64,000 bases of DNA. It comes from the human T2T-CHM13v2.0 reference genome, Homo sapiens. Below, one piece after another: positions 47,040 to 61,346 of the stretch. The position numbers and the translations under genes are program-made. Under the pieces are notes generated by a model, which saw only the letters and a program-made list of their open reading frames with translations, made no database searches and was not told the origin of the DNA. The stretch is taken from assembly GCF_009914755.1 (NCBI RefSeq), contig NC_060930.1. The stretch is one strand, 5' to 3'. Position 1 is the stretch's first letter; every line of letters begins with the position of its first letter.

Positions 47040-47262
47040 AGAATTAGTATTTATTGAGTGCTTAACTACATGCCCAACACTATCTTTCTACAAGCCATGA
47101 TGCAGATACTTCTTAAATCTCCCTTTTTATTCTTAACTACAAGTTAGAACATTACGGCACAGCAAGATGAATTAAGTTGTCAATGATCATAAATAGTAGA
47201 GACAAAATTTGATCCAAGGCAGTCAGAATCTAGCACTGTGCTTTTAATTCCTACACCACATT
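47040..47262 (-). mobile_element. MIR SINE
   Basis: 'atttattgagtgcttaactacatgccc...aatttgatccaaggcagtcagaatctag'. Confidence 0.6.
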
Positions 47263-47606
47263 ATCTCCCGAATAGAAAGAAATAAAAAGGAAAATAGAAG
47301 AGAGGTTACAATGAGCGAACAAGAGTATGTTTAAAGCAACTGGTAAAGGAGCAAGGAAAATAAAGTCAGACTGTGCGTGTAAAAAGAGGAGATACTATAC
47401 AGTTATAATAAGACATCTAAAATTAGAGCATGAAACACTGGTTTGCTCAGGTGAAATTTAAATAGATTTAGAATGACAAATGACAATTTTTTAGGTTAAA
47501 ACTTTTTGATGGGGGTAGAACAGTCTGATTTTAAATAACCAATCTCTAGAGATAGCAGATGAACATAGGATAGCATTGTACCTATTGTCTGGGAGATGCT
47601 ATATAA

Positions 47607-47740
47607 CAGGAGTGACCAAAAAATCTGGTTTGCCAAGAATAGTCCTGGTACCCTCCTGTTGTTCCAACTTAATTTTTCTACTTTCCTCTCTTTTCATATT
47701 CAATGTGTCCTTGTTGAATGATAAATTTTATGATCACCTA
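47607..47740 (-). mobile_element. MER94 hAT-Blackjack element
   Basis: TIR-like 'aggagtgacca' / 'tgatcaccta'; 'ggtttgccaagaatagtcctgg...cctgttgttcc'. Confidence 0.7.
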
Positions 47741-47904
47741 GTTATACCCATACTCTTAATTCCTCCAAAAAGGATAAAATACATGCTACCACAGGCAATT
47801 TTTATTTTTCAAGTTTTTTCTCATTGATAACTGATGGCCTCTTAAAGGCCCTCTCGCAATGTAACAACTTACTTTTTTAAAACCATTGAAAGAGAGTCTC
47901 ACAA

Positions 47905-48183
47905 AAGGGCTGAGTCTGTCTTTTAAGAGTTGTCATATATCAGGCCCACCAAGGTTAATCTACCTTATGAGTCATACAATACCAGTTGTACTTAACACAT
48001 GCAAAATCCCTTTACATTTGCCCTATGTGTAATCTAGTCAAGGGAGTGATGTGCCATCCGTTTAGCCATATTCTCTTGTTTAGAAGCAAGTAAGTCAGCA
48101 ATTCTGCTTGTACTGAATAGGAGACATTTAAACAAAGATGTAGCTCATTGAGAATGTGTCCTCCTTAGGATATGTCTACCATA
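47905..48183 (-). mobile_element. MLT1 (F/G-like) LTR fragment
   Basis: 'gccatattctcttgtttagaagcaagt...gtctaccata'. Confidence 0.5.
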
Positions 48184-49221
48184 AGTAGTGACAGACCTTT
48201 CATTTTCTTTGAAACTTCCTGGAACACTTAGAAAACAAAAGAAGGTTAATAAATATTTGTTGTTCTGAAAATTTTGAAAGGAAAGTGGCCATTTTAATGG
48301 TTCCAATGACATCTTCAGAACAGTGGTGGTCTTGAAGAAATGTGGACTTGACATGTTGTCCAAATTTGAGAATAATTTAGAGATTCAACAACAGCCTCAG
48401 TTTTGCCATCAGAAAAAAAAAGTCTTCCATGTAAAATGTAAAATCTTCCCTGTCCTCTATCTATCTGTTTTGAAGAAAAATGCATTGCAGATGGCGCAAG
48501 CTTTCTGGGAATGGCAGGGGAGGGGGTAATGTAGCATAGATATTCATGGTGACCATCTAGCAGAGCATTACTTACTAAGTCTAAGCCAGTCATAGGCAGA
48601 CATAAAATGCCCAATTTATTATAGATGAACATTTAGGTTATTATGTACGCAAGTAAAGTACTTTCTTAAGGCACATTTTTCTCTAACAATTAGTGTTGTT
48701 ATGGAAAAAAACTAATATTTTAGGTTGTCTAGAAAGATATTAGAAGAATTGGTTTGTGTAGCTATATCATTTTGTAATGTTTTTGTAATTTAGATGATTA
48801 GCTCTACTTAGTAACATGTAAAATTAATAAATTCATTTTGAAAAATCTTCAAATATAAAACAGATGTTCAAATGCATCATGGAAGGAATAAATTATGGTT
48901 GCAAAGAAAGAGACAACCATGTAATCACACTTTCACCTGCTCATGTGCTTCACATGTGGATCTCACTGGCAAAGAATGCATTCATAAACTTTGGGGCATT
49001 AACCAAAACCATGTAAATCTGTTTTCACTGATGTCACCAAAGAACTTGTAATCTGCCAATGCTGTTCCAATGTCATAAATTTAAATGAGTGAAATCTGCT
49101 TGTTATTTAGCAGAAAATAAAATCATATCTCTTCTAGAACTTATTTGCTCTCTCTGAAATGAAAATTTTGTGAAATAAACACCCCTAACTCAGTATTCTA
49201 CGCCTATGTAATCTCTGAAAA

Positions 49222-49480
49222 ATACAAAATTGTAGCTAGAGAGGAGAAACAAGTTCTCGTGTTCCATACCACTATAGGATGACTATAGTTAATAATAAAA
49301 TATAGTTTAAAATAACTAGAAGGAAGATATTGAATGTTCCCAACACAAAGAAATGATAAATGTTTGAGATAATGGTTATGCTAATCACCCTAATCTGATC
49401 ACTATACATTATATGTATATCCAAACACCACTATGTACTGTATGAATATATACAATTATTATTTGTCAGTTAAAAAAATT
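49222..49480 (+). mobile_element. L1MA3-like 3' end
   Basis: 'gatattgaatgttcccaacacaaagaaatgataaatgtttgag...ctgatcactatacattat'. Confidence 0.85.
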
Positions 49481-49486
49481 AAATTT

Positions 49487-49797
<311 letters not shown>

Positions 49798-52549
49798 TTA
49801 GAAAGATTGCCAAGTTAAGTGAGAAAAATACAAAGGAAATAAACTCTCTTTTAAAATATTGGGTAATTTTCCTTGTGAATAACCAGAGTATAGATAACCT
49901 ATGAAAATTAGGTTGCTTACTATATTTTCTAAATTTTCAAAAATTTCTAAAACACCCCAGAACACTATGTCAAATTCATTGCTGCAGGCCTGTTTGCATT
50001 AGCTACTATATTTAGGGAAAATCTTATATCTGAGCCTAATGTTAAATCTTACCAGACTCCTGGAAAAGTAAACCCAGAGAGGTGGTGATGAGTATAACTC
50101 TATGGAATCACAAGGAACTGTGGGCCAGAATACAAGGATTAAAATTGTTGGGGAGTTGTTTTATGAAAAAGTAAAAACATTGTCTTTATCAAGTTCAAAG
50201 AAGACATCATGGGTCATATTTACTACTAGTTGGGATCTGTCACATTGAATTTAAATAAAAAATTTATTGAGGAGTGTATTTCTCATCATACCAAAAAGAT
50301 GAACTTTAAAAGACTCTATAACCTACAATTTTCTTCTCATGAAAAATTTGAAGACAAATTCAAAACATTAGCTATTATTATTTACAAGCAGTTGCTTTAT
50401 AATTTTAGTTTTGCTATATACAGTATATGTACTAGTAGTATATATAGTGGTATATATTTTATATACAATTTATATAGATTTTATACTACATATGTATGTA
50501 TATATACACACACATACATGCATAACCCAAAGCTGAGTTTATTGCTTATTGCAGCAAAGAATGCAACCTCTACCAAGTCTTCATTGTGTCTCTGAGGAGA
50601 AAGAACAAATTGGAAATTTGGAGTCTGGTTTAAGTGGCTCTTTCAATAAAGGAGCTTGGTTAGAGATATGTAAGTTTCATGTACTCTGCACAATGCATTT
50701 GAACATCTATTTTATATTTAACAATTTTAAAAATGTATTAATTGTTTTTACATATTAAGAGTAACAAATCATTTAAAAGTACAAATATATTATGAAATTA
50801 TATGGCTACATAAATCCTTCTAGTATCTTTTTAGACATCACAAAATATTATTTTTACAATAGAACTGTTTGTTACAGAAAAAAATTGTCTTAAGAAGGAT
50901 AGTTTACTTGCCTAAGTAAGAACCTAAATGTCCCAATCCATAATAAATGGGGCCTTGCATGTCTTCTGATGACTGGTTTAGTATTATTTCTTAGTAACGT
51001 CTGCTGGCTGAGCACTATGCGTGTCTATGCCTCTTTCCTCATCTTCATTTCCAGAAAGCTTATGCCACCTGTGCAATGCATTTTTCTTCAAAACAAATAG
51101 AGGAAAGGATTTATTTTAATGAGAATTTTGTTGTCCCAATGGACAAAAAAAAGTCCTTAGAATTGAAATCCTTACTGAATCTCTAAATTAACCCTGAATT
51201 TGGAAAAGGCTTCGCATCAATTCACGCTACACCACTTCTAGAGATCAACGCCGAGAATGCCTTTTAGAATGATCCAACAGGCCACTTGCTCTTTTATGTT
51301 TTCAAATCATCAAGTATTTATTAATCATCTCCTATGTGATAGTACTGTTAGGAGATTTGGCAGACTCAAATGATGTAGTCACTGCCTTTGGGCTATTCTC
51401 TGGCTATTTCCTAGGGCTTAACTTTGGTTTAAAATAATCTAAATAGAGCAACATGGAAAACAGGTGAACAGTAATAAATTAGAAAAAAAGAACACAAGAA
51501 AAACACCAAGTTACATCATCAGACATGTGTTTACCAAGCTCTGCAAAGAAAGGAGTTCAGAGTAAAAAATTATCATGTATAGGAATAAATGATTGATTCT
51601 TAAAACGGTATTTATGAACAACCTAAAATGATTGCTACTTCTAAAATGATTTACTGTCACCTTGAGTTTTGATTTTTAAGCTATCTTTCTGCTCTTATAA
51701 CTATCTTGAAAAATATTTTTTAAAGAAAAATCTTAATGAAGAAAATACCTGTGGCAGAAAATCCCAGCTAGCATTTAAATATATACTTATTGTGAGATGA
51801 TTTAAACAATAGAGTTAACAAGTAATTCAAAATACCCCCAACCCAAAATAATCTTTAACTACTTTTGTGTCTCCTTCCAGAAAACAAATCCTAACCACAC
51901 ACAAATATATAGAGAGTAATTTATTCCTTTCTTTAAAACATGATTATTTTTTGAATAGGTAATATATTTACATGGTTCAAAATGTAAAAGATACAAACAA
52001 GAAGAGAGTGAAAATTTCTCATTCGCCGTGTTCCTTAGATATATTCTTATCCTTGAGTCAATTTGTATACCAGTTATTGTGCATACTTTCAGAAATATTT
52101 CATGAATGTACGTCCAAATATGTATACATTTCTGGTTTCATCTCGTAAACACCTGCACCCGAATGTTACATTTTTCATTTTTTTTTTTTTTTAACAAGAA
52201 GGGTTTCTTTAATTCTCCACCGTCTCGGGCCAAACTTAGTTGTTTAGCACCTTGTTTCTTCACATTAGAGACCCCAAAGGTGAAATGTGAAGAAAACCCA
52301 AAACTTTGAGTACATTTTTCCTGTGACATATTGATAAAACACAATTTGAGTAACTATGTGAAGTGCGGTGTATTGATGGTAAAAACTTGACATGAAAGCA
52401 TTTTCATATAAAAAGGTCTAAACATTTTAGTTAATTCCAGGTTTAAAAGGTTCAAGAAAATTACAGTGTCTGCTTGAAAAGCTAATGTTTCCCTACCTTT
52501 GCATTAGTAGTGACATATGTCTAGATAACATTAGATTATATTTGAAATT

Positions 52550-52870
52550 TTGGGTCTAGCTCTGGGCACCATCATTTCAAAGGTATATTGGCAAAGTAAT
52601 TCATTCAGAAGAGTCTTAACTAAATAAGGATCCCCTGGGGACCCTGACTATATAAGGATTGCATTATAGGACTAGAGAGTTTGTTTCTGGTGTAGATGAG
52701 CAGAAAGAAGAATATGTAAATGAGTTTCAAATATGTGAAGGGCTTTCCTGCTGAACAGTCACTGGATGGATTCTGAGTTGCTTCTGAAAGACTGTTTATC
52801 AGAATCATCCAACAGGAAGTAGTCTACTCAGGAAGTGACTGTCTCCTCAGAAGCAGAAATTGTTAACCAC
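52550..52870 (+). mobile_element. L3/CR1 LINE relic
   Basis: 'ctctgggcaccatcatttcaaagg...ttcaaatatgtgaagggct' resembles L3 3' region. Confidence 0.65.
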
Positions 52871-55445
52871 AATTATGTAAAAGTTTCCCTAGGGAAAAAA
52901 AAAAAGAAATATCCAACTCTTCCTGGAACAGGGAAGAAGGAAGGGAAGAAGGAAAGCAGAAAGAGAGGGAATCCACGAAAGCATGAAGTCTTGGGAAAAC
53001 TTTGCTTTCAGGTAATGTAGATGGGAAAGAATTAAAAAGAAGGCTAGGATCAGATCATGAGGACTTCACAGGTTACCACCACCTACCCCACCACCCCCCA
53101 AAAAACAACCAATTCCTTCCTCAAGATCAGGCTTCAGCTTTATGTTTTCTTCACTAAACGTTTCTGCTGTCTTTGAAAATATGCCCAACTTCTCATTCTA
53201 TTTCCAATATTTTCCTAATTAGAAATCCAGTTAATAGTGAGATAGCTGACAGATGCCAATGTGAGGTTTGATCACCATAATTTTGCACTGTGATTTGCTT
53301 TTGGAAGGTATCCAGTGTGATATTTAAGGCATCTACACTTCCTGATGCTCCAAAATGATTTTATTCCATTGTGGCATAGCAGTGGATTTCTCTATCTAGC
53401 ATATAAGCAAAAAGAAAGTATGATAATGGTCTGTAATGAGCTAGGAAGATGTTTATGGCACTTTTAAAACCGGAAAAGCTGCATTTAAAGGGACTCAAGC
53501 ACAAGAGGAAATGAAGGGATGTGCTAAGATTACATGAAGGCAGGTCTTATCTCTGAGGGAAAGGCTTTATGAGCAAAGCCTGCTCACTGCAGCTGGGGTG
53601 GCTTGGAAAGCACAAAGATATGCAAACAGTGGAAAGTCAACAATCAAAGAATGATGTTAGGGATCTCCAGGGTGGAATTAGGAGGTACAATAGGAAGTGT
53701 TTATGTACAAAAGGAAATTTTGTAAATGATTTTGATGTTGATCATGGGATCTCAATATTTTATATTTATTAGAAAATAAAGTGTGTAAAAGTGGAAAAAA
53801 TTAACAAATGCTCTGTGGCTCTGTAGTCAGGACCGTACTATCTTAAATGTTAAACTTACAAATAATGTTATGTAGGTAAAGTCTTCAATTTTAGAAGTTT
53901 GTTGTTTTTGTTATTTACAGATTTCAACAATATAGAGCTCATGATTAGTGTATACGTTTTAATTGTGCATTCAAAGGGATTGCATGATCTTCTGAAATTT
54001 CTGGAATCACTTCATTATTTCACAGATTCTATATTAAATTATTGGATAATAGGCAATGCAGTATAACTTAGGTTTGAAAATTACCTTGAATCTATTTCAC
54101 ATTGAAGGCATGGTTTAATTTAAAATAAGAAAATGATATAAGACATTAGCATCAATATACATTCTGCCAGATGTGTCAGAAAAACGGTTCAGTATAAGTA
54201 CCTCATTTAAATTTTCAACCATTAATCCAGATGTTTGGCATGGCATCAAACATACAATTTGACCAAATAATTGATCCCTTTTGAAAATGATTAGGTTCTT
54301 TAAGACATATAAATTCTGATTATTTATTTAACTTCAGTGTCATATATCTACATGATAAAAATTTCTTAACCATATTTTTCTGCATAGAAATGTATTCGGG
54401 GACTTTAAATTATTTGGCTTTTAATGCATACATGACTCTACATTTTACTTTATTCTGTAGATCCAGTCTCTATTTCTTTCACTATATACAATGGATATGG
54501 TGGTGTTTACTAAGCATTAAAAACGTGGTGTGTTAATTACTATAACATAAAATTATTTTCATATTAAATATTGGGTAGAAATTAGCATCTCTAGTTCTAT
54601 TTTCATCAGGTCATTTCCTCTGGCTTTGATGACCGCTATTAAATATTTAAGCCATGTGCTTCAAGTTCCCTAATAAACAGCCACTGTCTAAAATTCCCTA
54701 CAAAAATTCATTAGTGGCCTTTAAAAATAACTATTAATAAAATGTCAATAGGCTTAAACTTTACTGAGCCTGAGTTTTGCTCTTTGTTATCATTCCAAAT
54801 CCAATTTGACTTTCGCTCCTCTCAGGCAAAAAGCCTCATTCATTTCTTTTTTGCAGAACTCTATCAATATGTTACTCTTAGCTATAATGTAACCAGTGCA
54901 GTCAGTTTGTAGTTCATCAATGAAAGAAGTCGTTTATTCATTTCATAAAAATGATTTATGGATGAGAACTTTAAGTCCACAGTAAGGCAAAAATAAGAGA
55001 ATAACAGTCCAGGCCATGAATGCAGGTGTTGTTTAAAACTCTCCAGTGCTTTGTACATAAAGAAAACTTTTACATGCTGTAAGAGATTTCACATGTTTTG
55101 CTAAGTGGGTTTAGATTATGCCTTGAAGAATACTGTTTCTCAGTTCCAAATTTCCAATAAATATCTATGTTCACTTGGGGTAAGAAAGAAAAAAATGAGT
55201 TTTTTCTTTTTATGGCACAAATAGTGCTAAAAGCATCTGTAGTTGTCAACTTGAAATTAAAACAAAAAATCTGTTTGCATATGACAAGCTTAAATCAACT
55301 CCAAATTATGTCCAAATTGGGCAGAGCCCAGATTTTGTCACCATGGTCCCAACATTTCAGTTTCGATTAAGAGCAGACTCGTGTTCTACCATGTTTCTTC
55401 AAAGAGCCACTTCGCTATTTTTCAGCTGCTACAAAAGAAATTATT

Positions 55446-55749
<304 letters not shown>

Positions 55750-56603
55750 AAATAAATCATGACTAATATTAATTACTGTCATACAATTCCAAGACATAGA
55801 GCTTTCCTAAGCACAGAAATGAATTTCCTCAGTTCTTAAAAAAGATAAGTAATATAATGTTTTATTTAAAAAATCTATGTTAATATGTATGTCACAAATA
55901 ACATAATATATTACACTTTTCACATTAATAAATTGTTTATATAATACCGAATAGGACTTAGATACTTGGGAAAACTTTCATTTAGAAAACTATTTTCTTT
56001 TACATACAAACATGCCACACACACACCAAAATAAAGTCAAAAAACAGAAAGTAAATTTGATCATTGTCTAAGGATAAAAGTCTAGATTTAACACATTCTA
56101 AGAAACATGGCCACATCTGAAGGCAAAGTGACATTCTTTCTATTAACAGAGAAAGAAATAAAATAACTGAACCCTAAGGCAATAACCTGAAAATGACCCA
56201 AAAGTCTTTGCAATCTTTGCTCAGGAATATGAGAACCAAAAGGAATTCACCAACCCACCTATCCTTTAACAAAGGCAGGTGGTACACAGTAACCTGACTT
56301 CAGTGTGTTTCCTCCTCTACTTACTCACATATAGAGAAGAAAAATAAGTTGTCATTTGAGATAACCTGGAGTAGTGGAAAGTATAGGTTTTATATGAGTC
56401 TTTGTATCAATTATTTACTTCAGGGATTGTGAGGATTTGCAACAGCACGGAAGATTCTAGCAAATACTAAGAACTCAAGAAATACTTACCTAAACTCCAA
56501 AATGCTACATTCATTCATTCATTCACTTATTCCTTAATAATTAGATAATATGCAATTGAGAATAATAAATTAGTTTTTCTAATTATAATTAATATAATTT
56601 GTT

Positions 56604-56960
56604 ATATTAGTTAGGATGTGATGCTGCAATAAAAAAAAATAGACCCCAATATTTCAGTAGCTGAAAACAACAGACTTTTATTTCTTGCTTGTTATAGACC
56701 TGTTCATTCAGAAAAGTGAGGCAACTTCTCTACACAGTCTTTCAGAATCCAGGTTGTCAGCAGTTATACCATCTTCATACATGGCTGTTAAGATCACCCT
56801 AACAGCTGCTATTCCAGCTGACTGGAAGAGAAAAGAGAATAGAGAAGCACATGGGAGATTTTTACAGACCAGCCGTGGAACCCAGATTCTATTCATTATA
56901 ATTGAGTCCGCAACTAATGCAAAAGAGACTGGGGAATACACTGAACTATGTGTCTGAAGC
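56604..56960 (-). mobile_element. MLT1 (J/K-like) LTR
   Basis: 'tatattagttagg...tgctgcaataa...tcagtagctgaaaacaac...tatttcttgct'. Confidence 0.55.
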
Positions 56961-57189
56961 AACAGACATCAGATTTGGATCTCTGGCTCATCAAGTTTGG
57001 AAAGAAAGAAAACAAAAACTATAAATATCTTTTGAACTAAAATTCTAAATTTTTGGTTATATTGCAGTAAGAAGAAAATGAATATTTTCTGCAATAGTAC
57101 TAATTATTATTAGTAATATGACTGGCAAACATACATGCACAAGCACTAAATGTTTGTGAGGTATGTGCTCAAGAGTCTGTGTAACAGGG

Positions 57190-57415
57190 AAGTACAATGG
57201 TTAGGAATTGTACTTGGTTAGAGTTGCTAACCAAGTTATGGTGAGAGGTTGGGTAAATTAGCCAACTTATTCTAGTGTCAATCATCTTCATCTGTAAAAC
57301 AAAAATAGTAATCCTACCTACTTCATTAGGACGCAATGTGGATTAATTGGGTTACGCATAAAGCAATTAGAACAAGTCATGGGACATAGTCAGTGCTCCA
57401 CAAGTTGGCACTGTT
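57190..57415 (+). mobile_element. MIR SINE
   Basis: 'tcttcatctgtaaaac...cctacctacttcattagg...gcataaagcaattagaaca'. Confidence 0.7.
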
Positions 57416-57463
57416 ATTACAGTCAACACAGTGAATGCTTTGCCCATAGAGCCTCTATTTTAA

Positions 57464-57739
<276 letters not shown>

Positions 57740-58321
57740 TAAGCACAAGGAATTGTAAATGAAATGCAAGGGGTTTCAATTCCAGTTCAATTAGCCAGTG
57801 GGTTCAGTGTTTTGTTTTGTTTTGTTTTGTTTTTTTCAAGTCCCTTTTCATTTATAAGGCCAAATGACAATCTCAAAGATGAATGAAAACCACTAGAGGC
57901 AGTAAGTAGCACATTCAAGCCGGTCACTCATATATTTCTCACCTTACCTCAGTCCTTCTAACTAGGAAGGAATTGTTGAACTGAAAGCAGAGTAGAGGAA
58001 GGAGATTGTGTGGGTAAGCAGAGATATTTTGGCACTCCCGGGGGTCTAAGCAAATAGTTGTTCCAAGGTGCTGCATGGGATAAAGGAGCTGGGGGATAGT
58101 GTAAGATTGAGCCACCATGCTGATGATGGGAGAAAGTCTATGATCACCCTTGACAGGATGTAAAAGATGTCCACGCACAGCAGCTCACAAACAGCAGGCA
58201 CTGGAATTACACATTCCTTGGCACTGCCACATATGTTAATAGCCAGTTGTATCTGTCGGTCACTGTCAATCAGAAAACCTCAGTCTGAACTCTCCGCTCC
58301 TCTCTCTTTTTTGTTGTTGCT

Positions 58322-59730
58322 CTTTTTAACAGCTTTATTGAGATATAATCCACCCGCCTTTAAATTCACCTTTTAAAAAAAGTAGACAATTCAGTGGTTT
58401 TAATATATTCCCAGAATTGTGAAATCGCCACCACTATCTAATTCCAGAAAGTTTCATTACCTGAAAAGAAATCATGCAACTGTTAGCAATCACTCCCTAT
58501 AGCCCCTGGCAACCACTAATCTATCTCAATGAATTTGCTTATTCTGGATTTTTATATAAATAGATTAATATATATGTGGCCTTTTGTGACTGGCTTATTT
58601 TGCTTAGCATAATTTTTTAAGGTTCATCCATGTCAGAGCATATATCAGCATTTCATTCCTTGTTATGGCTAAATAATATTTCATTGTATGGATACACCAC
58701 TTTTGTTTATCTGCTCATCACTTGGATATTTGGGTTGTTTCCATTTATTGGATACTGTGAATAATATTGCTATAAACATTCATATATAAATTTTTATGTG
58801 GACATTTTTCTTGGGAGCATGCCTAGGATTGAGGTTGCTTGGTCATATGGTAACTCCATGATTAATTTTGGGGCATTGCCAAACTGTTTTCTAAAGGAGT
58901 TGCATGAATTTGCATTCACACCAGCAATGTATGAGGGTTCCAGTGTCTCCACATCTTCACCAATGCTTGTTATTGTCTGTCTTTTTTTCATTATAGCCAT
59001 CCTAGTGTGTTTGATGTAGTCTCTCATTGTGGTTTTAATTTTATTTCTCTAATGACAATGATGTTGAAATATTTTATGTACATATTGGCCATTTGTATGT
59101 CTTCCATGAATAACTGTCTATTCAAAACTTTTTCCCTTTTTTCAATTTGTTTGTCAAGTTGCAAGTTATTTTATAAAAGGACTTATATTGATACAAGTCC
59201 TTCATCAAATATATGACATATAAATATTTTCTCCCATTCTTTATGTGGTCTTTTCACTTTCTTAATAATGTCTTTTAAATATAAAAGTATTCAATTTTGA
59301 CTATTTTTAACTTATCTGTTTTTTTCCTTTGACTTATGCTTTTGGTTTCATGTCTAAGAGATCATTGCCTAATCCAAAGTTGTAAAAATTTTTCCTGTGT
59401 TTTCCTATAAGGAGAACAAACTTGGCTTTGTTCTTCCACCTCTCTACCTGCTCTTCTTCAGTCTACTTAACTATCTTATCTTCTTCTCCACCCATCCACA
59501 CCTCTAAGAGTTTTATAGCTTTAACTCCTACATTTAGAACTCTAATCTATCGTTAAGTTAATTTTTGTATATGGTGTGAGGGAGGTGTCTGACTTCATTC
59601 TTTTGCTTTTATCTGATATCTAGATGTTCCTGCACCATTTGTTGAAGACTGTTCTCTCCCTGTTGAATTGTCCTGGCACTCTTGTCAAAAGCAATTTACC
59701 AGAATTGTAAGGGTTTATTTTTGGACTCTA
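58322..59730 (-). mobile_element. L1MB (L1MB7/8-like) 3' fragment carrying a foreign insert at 59409-59504
   Basis: 'acagctttattgagatataat...caattcagtggtttt...ctggcaaccactaatct' 3' UTR and ORF2 end in reverse. Confidence 0.88.
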
Positions 59731-59949
59731 CCCCTCTATCTTGTCTCAAATGTTACTGATAAAGTGAAAGACTGAAGGGAGAAAAAAATGAATCCAGGTG
59801 GTGGAAATTCTCCATGTGAGTTAGCACAAGTGATGAGCTTTGCTTCCCATTCCCTGTAGTGTTTGGGGAGCTCTTCATTGACAGGCATCAGCTAATGGAA
59901 GTAGTACTTGAATGTTACCAATGTCCTCCTACAAGTCAAATTAAGTTGT

Positions 59950-60280
59950 CCTTTATTTCAGTAATGTCCCCTGACATTTGGCATTGCTATCCACTTCTAG
60001 AAACTTGGCTTTGTTCTCCTTTTACCTCTGTAATTCTTCTTCAGTCTACTTCACCATCTTACTTTTTTCTCTAACTATCTATACCTTAAAAGTTGGTTTT
60101 CCACAGAGATTTATCTTCATACTTCTCTTTATATTTAAAGACTTCTGGTTGCCATACAATATCCATTCTTATGCATTGTGCACAACAGAAGATCAACTTT
60201 TATCTGGACACATTGCTTCAGAACTAAATGATGACATGTCCCAACCTCCCTTGCATGTTTTTATTGCCATGTGTCTTAAC
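59950..60280 (+). mobile_element. L2 fragment
   Basis: Degenerate L2 RT-region motifs ('cttggctt...ttctcc...tcagtct'). Confidence 0.5.
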
Positions 60281-60489
60281 TCTGGATAGTAATATGGAAG
60301 CAAAAGTGTTGTATGAATCTGGAAAATGTCTTAATTGGTTAGGGAATGCATTCTTGTTTTGCTCTTCCTGTTGCTGGTAACCTGGAACACAGTGGGGATG
60401 GCTGGAGACCCAGTTAAGTCATGATCATTTTGGAATTTTTTTAATTATACGTAGCAAACCTAATTATAATTGAGAAACCATCAAAGGCT

Positions 60490-60790
60490 ATGTATTCATG
60501 TATCGTTGAACCAATATTTATTAAGCATCTACTACCTATCATGTACTGTGACAGGTATCATGGTGATGTGATGCTGTCCTCAGGAAGTCCACAGCCTATA
60601 GGGAAATACATAAATGTATACACACATAAAACCCTTAATGGTAATTTTTATAATAATATTATTATAGAAAATATGTGGTGTGCCAGGGTAATACAAGGAA
60701 TAAAACAATTAATCCTGTCAAGGTTTTATAAAGCTTTGTGAGGAAGCAATATTTGTATTGAGACTCGATAGACTTTGTAAATAAAAGAGG
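60490..60790 (-). mobile_element. L2 3' end
   Basis: 'aatatttattaagcatctact...gctgtcctcaggaagtccacagcctataggg'. Confidence 0.6.
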
Positions 60791-60913
60791 AAAACCATTA
60801 TAGATAATGTAGGGTTTACAAATGTATGGATTGTACAGCTGTGAATGTTCATGATTAGTTTAAAAATGCATTATTAGTTATGTCTAGAGAAAAGGCTGTT
60901 ATGTGTGTGTGAC

Positions 60914-60936
60914 AGAGAGAGAGAGAGAGAGAGAGA
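60914..60936. repeat. (GA)n microsatellite
   Basis: agagagagagagagagagagaga. Confidence 0.9.
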
Positions 60937-61237
60937 CGGAGATGAAAAGAGGGAGGGAAGGGAGAAGACAGAGACATACAGGAGAGAGATCCTGGGAAGC
61001 AGCAAGTGATCAGAGAGGAACAGCAACAGAGAGTGTTCCCAGGAAATAGGAATTTGGGGTATTGCATGTAGAATTGAGAATGTATGTCTCAGCTTATGAA
61101 TCAGAGATAGAAAATATGTTTGAATCCTTATGTCAACTCTAATTTTGCCTGCCTAAAGTACTACATTGAGAAGAATCCTGAATTTACACCTGAGCTCAGG
61201 AAAGAGTGACATAAAGTATTAGAAATGCTGGCATGAC

Positions 61238-61322
61238 ATCTACAGCCATATCTCCCTGTAGGTGGCTGATCTTATCTGATCTCAGAAACCAAGTAGAGCT
61301 GGGCCTGGTTAGTACTTGGATG
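61238..61322 (+). pseudogene. 5S rRNA pseudogene, 3'-truncated (5S nt 1-85)
   Basis: Gapless match to recalled human 5S, 67/85 by hand, including exact GGGCCTGGTTAGTACTTGGATG; no poly(A). Confidence 0.92.
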
Positions 61323-61346
61323 AAATGTCTGCATGAGTTTGGGACA

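Noticed and set aside
50230-50595. 121-aa ORF
   Set aside because: Non-ATG start and runs through AT-rich low-complexity (TA/CA) sequence.
57939-58178. Minus-strand ORF with a GAG|GTAAGG donor-like site near 57945
   Set aside because: A single splice-like motif with no matching acceptor or homology is insufficient to call an exon.
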